Below are positions 50,607 to 61,638 of a stretch of DNA of 64,000 nt, piece after piece. A program made the translations under genes and the position numbers. The notes under the pieces are model-generated. The model saw nothing but the letters and a program-made list of their open reading frames with translations. It was not told where the DNA came from and searched no databases. The DNA comes from Paraphysomonas bandaiensis (lineage: Eukaryota; Protista; Chrysophyceae): assembly GCA_965644295.1 (NCBI GenBank), contig CBFFRP010000111.1, positions 1-64,000 of the forward strand. The letters are read 5' to 3'. The stretch's first letter is position 1, and each line of letters begins with the position of its first letter.

Positions 50607-51743
50607 GTAAGTATACCCCGCTCTCTAACTGTTATATCTTATGAAATACGCATTACGATAGTGGTTGATATGGGAAACAATGGCGGACATATTTTCTTCA
50701 TAAACTAATATTGAGTTTAGCTAGAAGATGGTAGATACCAATGTATGCTGCTACATCCATTACAGGTTGTATACAGCTGTCAGTAATGCATTAAACGCGT
50801 ACTCGATAACGATGGTCGGCTTTTTTCATTCACTCAACTACAAACTGTCTCCTGGTCTTGGACGGCTTTTCAAATCATTTCTTTCTTTTGGCTTTGCTTT
50901 TGAACAAAGAAAAAGCTGGTAGGATTTCTAGTAAACATATATAGCCACCTATTGGCACGGCACGTTTACCCATAAATGGGTGGCGCGGTAGGATAGTGCG
51001 GTCAAAAAATGCACACTTACATGCTTTGATAGAAGGAGTTGATGACCGCGAAGAATCAGTACAAAATCCTAGAGTGATATGAGCTACTTCAATAATGTAC
51101 AGGCGGGCCCTATGTTACGACTTTACATTGTTATCAGTCCACATTAATAGATGCATACATGGGAAGCACTAATCATAGGCTTATCACACCTTTCAATCTG
51201 CATGATAGAACTATCTTCCCGTCAATGTCCCACTATGTCCCATTCAGTAGTCTGAGCAGCTTTTATACAAAGATCTATTAATATCACCCTCATTACGTAT
51301 TAGCAACTATCAGGAGATACTGATATTGGCAGTCTCCATCAGACAGCTTTAGTATATCCATGTGTTCGTTAAGATAAACGCTGCACTGCTACACACTGTC
51401 ATGTACTGCTCTATAGTGTACCTGTTGAAAACTCTACTTTTAGGTACCCATAAAAACTAAATAATCCCTGTTTGTAATATAAACCAATGGTTTTTACTAC
51501 ATATGACATAAAACCCCTAATAATTCTATTATGTTTTCGTATGGTTTGCTGTCCATTCCTTGTACTCATAGATTTATAGGTACGTATATTGTTACTGTAT
51601 GGTGAAGAGTGCGTGTACGATACAGTGTGTATGTACCATATAGAGTGTACAGTGATGTACATACACACTTATATGTTACTTAAGCAGCTATTCTTCATAC
51701 TATAACCCACAAAGCTAAGCTTCATTCCATCAACTAACATAAC

Positions 51744-52074
51744 ATGAGAGTCCCAAAGCACAATCTTCCCAAGAAGGTAGTTATCTATGTGATTATTATG
51801 ATGCATGGAGCTGATTAGTTGTGAACAGGTACATAAGCCAACACGTACAGTAAAACACAAGAAATCAAAAGCAAAATTGGAGAGATTACAAAAGAAAGCT
51901 TTAAAGGCTGAGGAAGATGATGGAGAGATGATGACTGATGAAGTTGAGGAGACTGTCAGAACTGAACCGCTATCAGAAAGCGAAAAACTAGAAGCTAAAT
52001 TACAGCGCAAAAAGGCCAATATTCAAAAGAACGCGTACAAAAGACTGGTAAAGAAAACGAAACACTTTCGCTAA
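51744..52074 (+). CDS. Small lysine-rich hypothetical protein (~92 aa, 2 exons)
   Basis: MRVPKHNLPKK, a GTAG...CAG intron (~51777-51828), then VHKPTRTVKHKKSK...KKTKHFR. Charged, coding-like composition; no family recognised. Confidence 0.65.
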
Positions 52075-53141
52075 ACTTTTCCGAACTTTCGTTGATATAA
52101 TTGCATTTCTATTGAGTAGTAGAGATGTTTTGTACAGCGCTGTCCTCTGATATTCACGAAGCGAGATACCTGGGGTTACTCTTTCTAATTTGACATTGTA
52201 TTTAAATATGAATAAGTTACAGTTGTGATCAATAGTATAATGAACTAATTCAATGAACTTGTTGCATGTTTGAATGAGCTTCAGTTTAAACGTATCGTCG
52301 ATATACGTATCCATTCACTGACCACTGTGTAAAACGACCAGACCTATTCAATATTCATACACAAATATCTATTAATGTATGTTTATAAAAGTATATAATT
52401 GTAAACTAGTTTAAGTGTAAGTAAGCACCTCATATTCAGAACAATATTAGAAATTATATCGTTGCAGCTAGCGGCTTATATCTATAGCCTAGAGCAATAA
52501 CAAGTAGCTTGTATTTCGTGTCAAGCCATAATAACTATATCTTGCATATGCTGTTGAGTATATTATTCACGTTGTCCCCCATTATTAAGTAGTTAGACAC
52601 TAGATGTACACTACCAATGCAATTTTCTCCCAACGAGATATGGCAGCACGCTTCTAAAGACAGATAACAACCACTCACTTGAAGCAGCATATCCGGGGCA
52701 TGTAAAAGGCATGTGTCATAGCAGTCTGATGACATTACAACTACATTTACACAATCCTTCAGCTTCAAACAAGTTAACGAAAATGGCAACCAGTAGTTCC
52801 TTAAAATGGATTCATAGTGACCAGATGTGATTTAAACTTATCCATTCAATAAACACGTGGGCGCATATATACAAAGGAGTAAGTTCATTTCACTTGATCT
52901 TCTAGAGCCGTTGACTGTGTTCTAGCTGAGCTGCCCTCTGGAGCTGTAGCAACCACAGAATACTTCCATGTAAGTGGTAGTGGGAACTCTCATGGAATGA
53001 ACAATTACACCTCAAATTGCTTGCAGTTGATTTGAACCACTTTGTGTACACCCCCAGCTAGGCAGAGTACCCCTTCTCTATATCTACGCGAAGTATACAT
53101 GTACAGATGACAGAGCAACTCTACGCTTTCCATACATATAA

Positions 53142-53452
53142 GTCCTGTTGTAGTGATATACATATGATAGACCTGTAAATCACTTCGTAAACAACGCATA
53201 AGAAAGAGTCCCACAACACATCATAACTATACACACTAAAACGACACAAATCTGTAATTAGGGTGACATCTGGAACTAAATCAATATGATTTCGCAATGA
53301 CTCACCCTAGTTGAAAATGAATTGCTGGAATAATAACGTATCGGATACACAACACACCTCATACAAAACCTATATAGCAGTGCATTTATGACTCTATGTG
53401 TTGTTGACCAAGTGATTTACAGGTCTATCATACACATACCATACAGCAGGAC
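53142..53452. repeat. Foldback element / MITE-like inverted repeat with a perfect 23-bp core
   Basis: TATGATAGACCTGTAAATCACTT (53163-53185) is the exact reverse complement of 53410-53432. Imperfect pairing extends on both sides, and there is an inner TAGGGTGA...TCACCCTA pair. Confidence 0.85.
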
Positions 53453-53837
53453 ATAAAGTGTATACAAACATAAAGGAAACTGTAAAAGGGACATAATGCG
53501 TTAATCCAATGTATGCAGTGGTATACAGCAGAATACAATCCCTGAGTTGTTAGCATAAAGAGCAGTACCATACAAAGTACAAAAACTGGCAAAAAAAAGG
53601 AAATGATCAAAATTTCCTCATAAACTGAAAAACTTTATGACTACTAAAGATGTGCATATGAGTACGGTGTTGGTGAGTGAAAATGTATATGACTACAGCA
53701 GGTCTCTATGTATGTATGTATATGTATGTATGCAATGCAATACACTGAGTGTGTTATGTGCAACTAAGTGCAGGAGACTGCCACATAATCAACACAATTC
53801 CAATTGCCACAAGGCAGTATATCATAATCCATTCATA

Positions 53838-55731
53838 ATGGCTTCCAGAGTATGCAGTAGAGTGCATAAAAACACTCTTCGTCAAGTCAGTACAATCCCT
53901 GTACCAGCTGTTCGTACACCATCTCTAAAGCACTTATACTCTGCACCATCCACTGATGTGACTAGCATTTATGAGGGTGTAAGAGTAGCATCTCAGGTAT
54001 GTATATATATGTTATATACACTTATAACTGTATTCTATATGTATGTATGTATATGTATGTATGTATGTATGTTCATGTGTGTTACATAGACATTACCCGG
54101 AGAGACCGCATGTATTGGAGTATGGATTGATTCGGGAAGTAGATACGAGACTGCCAAGAATAATGGTGTTGCTCATTTACTTGAGCGAATGACTTTCAAG
54201 GGAACGACCTCTAGACCACAACAGTGGTTAGTAGAAGAAATTGAGAATATTGGTGGTCAAGTGAATGCCTGCACTTCTCGTGAACACACTGTCTACACTG
54301 CTAAAGTCTTCGAGAAGGATGTTCCCAGGGCAATGCAGATTATCTCAGATATCCTTCAGAACTCTGTGTTGGATGAGAAGGCGATCGAGCACGAGAAGGG
54401 TGTAATTCTCCATGAATTGGCCAACAATGTATGTATATTCTAGCATATTCCTTACTTAATATTGACTCAAAAATTTCAGGGGCATGCTGAGCGTGTAATG
54501 GAATACCTTCATGAAACTGCATTCTTGGGCACAAGTAAGTTGGATTGAGGACTGCTCTATTGTTGCATCGATGTGACTGCAGTCCTATTCGTGTTATTGC
54601 AGTTTTGGTCCGCTGTATGTATTATTCTCACTATTATCCATACCTGCACACATACATATATATGATATACACTACACTACATGACATAATGTATCTATAC
54701 AGACCTCGGTCAGTCTATTGTGGGATCTGAAGAGAGCATCAAATCCCTCTCCCGCAATGATCTGATTGATTACATTCAAACCCACCACACAGCGGGACGT
54801 TTCGTTGTCGCCGGTGCCGGTGCCGTCGATCACAACGAGCTTGTTGATTTGACCAGGAAATACTTTGGGGGTCTCCCTACAGAACCCAAGAAACCAGTGG
54901 AAATGCAGCCCGCTATTTTCACTGGTTCCGATAAGCAAGTTCGATTTGACTCAATGCCGGTGAGTTGTAAGAACTTAAAACTTATACATATTAGTAATGC
55001 CTTATGTTTGACTGCTGTATTTGTAGGAAGCCCATATCGCCTTAGCATTCGAAACTGCATCATGGAGCTCTGAGTATGTGTTCCCATTGATGCTTATCCA
55101 GACTATCCTAGGAGAGTGGGATAGAAGGTCTCCTGCCGGTCTTAACGCCGCTTCCAGGTTAGTGTGTAGCTCTTGATTTTGGGTAGGGACTTATCCATCG
55201 TATGCAGACTCGCCTGGAACATGGCCGAAGACGAAGCTGCTCACTCATTCAAGACTTTCAATAAGTTCTATAAGGTATTGTAGATGATGCCCTGAATATT
55301 TATGTCGAAGTAGGATGTCATAACTTGAGTTTCAGGATACTGGACTCTTTGGAGTATGTGTGACTACAGGGGAAAGAAAGGTTGAGGAAGCCATGTACCA
55401 CGTTACATACAATATTACCCGTATATGTCACGAGGTTACAGACGAGGAAGTGGACCGTGCTAAGACCCAAATGAAGGCAAATGTTCTGATGCAGATGGGT
55501 GATTTCTCTTCTATCTGTGATGATATTGGCCGCCAAATGGTTACTTACGGACGCCGCATGACTACCGCTGAGATTGTCTCAAGAATCGATGCACTCACCA
55601 CTGATGAGATCAAGACAACTGCCAACAACTTCTTCAATGATGAAGATCACGCCCTGGCAGCGGTTGGTCCTATCTTTGAGCTCCCAGATTACAACTGGAT
55701 CCGCCGCAGATCTTTCTGGAATAGATACTAA
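53838..55731 (+). CDS. Mitochondrial processing peptidase beta / complex III core-1 family protein (M16), Zn motif altered to HxxER; multi-exon
   Basis: Presequence MASRVCSRV...; [30 protein letters not shown]; [11 protein letters not shown]; EKGVILHE; [13 protein letters not shown]; beta-type C-terminus [24 protein letters not shown]. Confidence 0.93.
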
Positions 55732-56423
55732 ACTAGTCGCAGCATGCTTCTTGTTGTAGTTTTACTTTGGTAATGCGGATATTGTGTTGTGCTGTGTAAA
55801 GCTTGATAAATTTCATATGCTTTGCGGCCCATTTCTCAGCGTAATAAGCGTAACAATAGGCAATTGATGTCCAAATTCTCGTACATTTTAGGGGCTCCTC
55901 TAGTCATTGTTATGTGAAGATCGTATTGATACATTAAATAACGTATTAAGGATAACTATGGCAACGAGTAAACAGTTTGTTGGGATACATATGTTTCCCT
56001 AAGATAGAACTGTAGAATATATTAAATACAATGGGGGAAAAAGTGTTTATGGGAATGAAAGGCTTGCTTGACAATGTAGAAGATGTCAGATGTATACTAC
56101 GCTACACAAGAGACTAATGCATTTTTAACAGCAAGCTGGAGTGTGATAGAAGTGACATATATGTGTCCAATCTGTTGTGCTAGTGTAGTCCGTTCTCTAT
56201 AAATGCGTACGACAAATGGTACCACAGATCACTTCAGATAGACAAGTTAGCCGCACTGTCCTTTATTATCAACTGTTAACTCATCAATGTCTAGAAGGAG
56301 GGAAGTGGACTACAATAATAAAACATACTGATATACATATCGTATATACACTTGCCACAAAACAACTAATCCTCGTACTATATACAATATTCATATCTAA
56401 TGGGGATATATTCAGCAACCTCG

Positions 56424-59400
56424 CTATGTGATTTTAAAGTCCGTCAAAATAGTTGATACACTATGCAATGCTAAATCTATTGGTGAGGCATTTCGCGGGG
56501 GTTCAATAGATTTTCCACCGCTCTCCACCCGTGGAATTACAACGTTAACCCCAACAACTGCATTTTCTAAATTGTCAGAGGGTGCTGGCCTTGGTGGCCT
56601 CGCCTTATGTCGGCGAGCTCGAGGACTTCGGTGAGTACGAGACTGTGTCACAGGGCGCCTCGCAACAGTCGAAGCGGGTATATTTTCCGACGTACCAGCC
56701 ACGCCAGCTCCACTAACAGCTGGTCTAATATGTTGGCTTCGAATAGGGTTTCTACGAGATTGTGCAGTTGCAGGGGTAGTCGGCACAAGAGAATTTCCGG
56801 GAATATCTTTTCTACACGGCGTTACATCAATATGCATTAACTTTCCAGCCAGTGACTCCTTGTTTCCAGCAATACCAGTTGTCATTGGCCGACGTTTAAT
56901 GTGCCGCAGTGACCCATACCTATCTGCACTAGTTGTTTCAGTCCCGGGTCGAATCGTCATGTCCAAATCATCTGAATCTGAGACGCTATCACATGCATGC
57001 GTGGTTGTTTTCTCATCATCTTCTTGCTTGTTGTGACAAGAATTGATTTCAGAATCGCCCCCTTTTGCCATACACATTACATCGTCATCGTCAACTAGTA
57101 TCGGTGGCTTTGTACTCCGGGTATCATCGGTGGCACACTCCTGTAGTGGCCTATTTCCTGGAGGATGAATACCATCTATAGCCGAAGCCTTGTCACTCAT
57201 TACATCAACAACATGATAACTACTGCGAGGTTTGTATTTCCTATATATCTTTCGCATTTCTTTGATTTTTTCAGAATTCGGGATATCACGGACCTTTCGT
57301 GGAGGCAAACCGTAGTCCATATGTTGAGGTGAACATTTCACTCCTTTATTCGCGTTTGAATGAGGTACGTTTGACAAGAGTCCAGTAATGAACACATCAG
57401 CATCTTTTTCCTCGCTGGTATTTTCTCCAGCAATAAAGTCAAATTGTTTCGACAACTCAGATTCAGAGAATTCAGTAGGTTGCAAAACAGGAGGCTGTGT
57501 GTATGAATGCAGCGTGACAATACCTTCTCGTTCTGAGCTATTCTCATACTCAGAGCTATAAAATTTACTCGGCTCGCTCTCAGAATCGGGTGCATTCACA
57601 TGCTCTGACTTTGAAACACGGCATCGCTTGCGATTAATACGCTCTTGATGCAATATGGTCTTCCAGTCGTCAAAAGGAATAGTGGCCAAGTAATCATCTG
57701 GGACGTCATTGGAGCAACACCTCAATGTCAACATTCCCTCAAAAGAGCTCTGCGTCGCAATGACTTCATCAAGCGGCAGATTCACACTGTGGGTAATCGT
57801 TCCTTCTCTAATGCATTGGAAGTGAAACTTTTTGTCCCTTTCTTCGTAATAAAACTCATTGTAATCATCACTGTATTTATAAATATCAGGTAAAAAAATA
57901 TCATGTTGAAATCAAGCACTTACCCTTTCGTGTGTATGGGGTAGTTAACAAACATTTTACGCAATTTAGCAGTCCCTACTCTATGTTGCAATTTTATCTC
58001 GTAAGGCTTCAATGTATCAGCAGCACCGTTATCATTTGTATCAGAATGCGCTGTTTCAACTGGTGGTGGCATCTTGTCGATATTAGATGCAGCAATTCCA
58101 GCGACAAACATCGTATTACTTCCCTTGTCCACATTGGCTGTACCCTTGAAAGCACTCTCCCTCGACACCTGGACAGATGAATTCCGCTTTGGTGGACTGG
58201 GTAGTTGCTGGTCCTGAGATACAACATTCGTTCCCAGACTGAGAGACCTGCTCTCATCACGAGGAATTGTACTATTTTCGAAAGAACCAAAAAAATCATC
58301 TGCAATACCGTACCCCAAGGCCTTGAACCCCGCCGACATAGGCGCTGCTCGGGGAAATATTCGCATACCCTCCGAGTCAGTTGTATGAACACTCTGTGGT
58401 GCAGTCACGCTCCGTTCTCCGACCCCTTCCGCAAACGATGATAGGGCGGAGAATTTTGACTGACGCTTATCTATTCCAACGCTATCAGCAATCAGCGGCG
58501 GAGCAGGCACTCTAGGTGGGGGAGAAGAGGATGATGCAAGGGTGACTGTTGGTTCCGGTACAGAAGAAGGCTGACGCCGTTTATCGAACTCAGCAGCTGG
58601 TCTTGTCATGAGGGGTGGAACGTATGATGTATCTTTCCTACGAATACTATTTACCGCTGCGGAATCAAAGGGAAGTACAGCAGCAATATGAAAAGAACTT
58701 TTCTCAATTGATGATGGTTGAAAAATTTCTATATTGCGCGCAGTATCTCCAACCACAGTTATCTTTCTTGGCGGGATAACACTAGCAGCCATGGCATTCA
58801 TATGAACAGACAGTTCCTGGCTGTGTTGCAACGCAATAGATGGCTGAGTATCGCCATTAGTTCCCTGTGAAACGGAGTTCTCCATTTCGACGCCAGACCG
58901 ACTGCGCTCTACAACACGCACTGCCACACGCATCTTCAAAGGCGAGCTCACGTCAGAGCTGTCCAGACTGGATACCGAGCCAACCTTATCAGTGGAAATT
59001 GACGGTGGTGAGCTTCCTTTACTCTCTTCACACAGTGTACCATCTAGCGTCAGGGTGTGAGTGGGTGCGCTCTGAACAGACCGGTGTCTTGACAATATTC
59101 CGACTTTCGAAGAGCGCTTCGACGGTTGAGAAGAGAATGCTCGACCAGCAATTTCTTGTTCCTCGTTCGATGCATCACATACCTCCTGTGCGTGTTCACT
59201 ATGTAGCCTCATCAACCTTCTCATGATACCTCTGGTTGGAGAATGGTTGTGTACTTGATGTTCTAACGATGAAAAATGGTCAGAAGACTGCAGTGCGGTT
59301 TGCCCACTGTCTTTTTCCGCTGTTGGTTCGTCTAGAAAAAATACAGGCAATGGACCAGTTGAACGAGGGGAGCGAAAACTTCCTCGTAGCCTCATGCTTC

Positions 59401-60822
59401 CACTAGATGTTGTGGCAGGAGGCACGCTTGTCCAATCATTAGACTCTTCTGCGTCTACATGACTCGGCCTATGGCGATGTTGTTCCAGTTCAGTAATGCT
59501 GTCATGTTCCTCTTCATATTCTTCCTTTTCACTGCACACTGAATCAATCTCTGATCGTATACCTTCGGGAACAATCTCGTGTATCTCTTCGTTCACAATC
59601 TTCTCTTCATACTCTCCGTTGCTGCGTTCCTCTAGTGGCTCCTCTTTTAGCTCACCATCTACAGGATCGACTGCTTTCGACTGATTCCGTCGCCTAAGAT
59701 AATCCTCTACGCTCTCACTCGTAAAAGTCCATGTTGGTGTTATTTCTGCTTCATCTTCATCTTTTATTTCCTGAGGCTCTACTAACGAGTCATTTATAAT
59801 CGATTGAACCTCAGTTTCTTCCTCGTCATCTTCTTCCTCACTTTCGCTCTCCTCGTCACTGCACATCTGACCGATACCACTAGCTGCATCTTTAAGAATC
59901 AGCTCTTCCTCCTCCTCTTCATTTTCAAACCCATAATCAATAATCGGAAGCTGCATTCCGCAAGCACGGAAATACAACACTTCCCAAATCGACCGAAGAT
60001 GTTTCGCAAAGCCCACACCATCTTGAGTGCGGTCGAGTAACTGAGCTTGATGAGCATGTTTGCCAATCAATTCTGCATCGCGCTCAATCAACTCAAGTTG
60101 ATCAGGAGGTATATCATTAATTCCCCCCCCAATAAGCTATAAAAGAGCAAAAGTCAGTTATCACAGTACAACGTTGGAAAACGTACCAGTTCGCGGAGAA
60201 GATGCATTTCATTCGATAGTCCAATCAAATCCAATGCAGCATCTGTATCATTTATTTTCCTTTGAATTCTACTTAAAATAGTAGTTTTTAAGTCGCCCAG
60301 ATTCTTTTCCTATATCATTACGTCAGTTCAAAGTGCACTTACGAAACTGCCTGCCACGAACACCTTTCCAGTCGTCTGTTTCTCTGACATCGCAGTCGAG
60401 ATAGTGGCTTGTCTTAGCTTACTCTTATTTTTCGCATCACGCACTATTTCGGAAAAGGACTTTCCCTTAAAGTTTAACGAATGTGCCTCAGGGGCCCTAC
60501 AACAACACAGTTTAGTACAATGTAGTAGAATGGGTACATCGTACATGGCAGGGACACAGTCGCCAGTAATGGGAGTGTGAACTCGATCCTGAAGTATATT
60601 ACTGAAAGTCTTAGAGGTCCAAGACAATGGTTTAATTATAGTATTATCATTATCTTTATGTTGATATAATGGTTCATATGTACGATGACTGTATGCTCCC
60701 CATAATATACACCCCAATCTGTCATCTGTTAATGGCCCTGTAAACTTCTTAATAGCTGTTAGGGCAGTTTTCTTTGACTTCCGTTTCTTTTTTCCTTTCT
60801 TCATAATGTTTTCACGTGCCAT
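56424..60822 (-). CDS. Large, mostly disordered hypothetical protein (about 4 exons)
   Basis: Long same-strand ORFs 60328-60822, 57920-60091 and 56424-57785 are joinable by short GT-AG introns. Acidic and Ser/Pro-rich tracts; no family recognised. Confidence 0.7.
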
Positions 60823-61638
60823 TTATGTATATATTATTAGTGTTTAATAGATATATGTATGTATGTATGGGTTAGGTCAGATACTTGATAGTGTGATGGT
60901 TCATAGGGATGTAATGATAGTATAAATCATATGAACTGAGTGTTCATTAGCAGGGTAATAAGGATTATCATACTCCTTATAAAGGGGATCTACTGTTCTG
61001 TGAAATGATAATGTAGAGAGTGTTGTTTCTCAGATAGGGCAGTGATCGCTGATGTATGTGTGTGTGTGTATAGGTGGATAGGTATATATATATGCTCAAC
61101 CGTCATATGTATAGTAGAATATACGCATATATGTATGAGCTGTGAGTACGTACACATACATACATACTGCTGTACATACATATACATACTGTACATACAC
61201 ATATACCACTACTGTATATGAAACTGTGGAAATAGAGAAGAATATTACTGTAGTCTACATCCATATCTATAGCTATATACATTGTATTCTTCTCTCATAC
61301 TTCTACTTCATTTTTTCATACACTTCTTCAACTTCTTCGTATGCCAATTTGGTCTATCGGCCTTCTCACATCCCCAAATTTCTAGTGAGGGAATTGATGC
61401 ATATGATCATAGTCGTGATCTAGTTGTACGTAAATAACATATGAATAAAAGGTAATCTACACATTACTCTATATACTATACATTATAGATCATATAAGTG
61501 ATAGTTATCATTGAAATTGATATCTCTCATTCCAATTCAATGCATTCATTGTTTTAATACTTTGATAGTAAGTTGAAAACCCTTCAAACTCTATTGAATT
61601 ACGTTCTAGTTCACTTATTCTAGTGTGTAGTAAGAGAT

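Noticed and set aside
50945-51110. GC-richer patch with small hairpins as a snoRNA or other ncRNA
   Set aside because: No convincing box C/D or H/ACA pairing; needs an Rfam/Infernal search.
52535-53610. Short minus-strand ORFs as a multi-exon gene
   Set aside because: I could not build a coherent spliced protein, and part of the region is explained by the foldback repeat.
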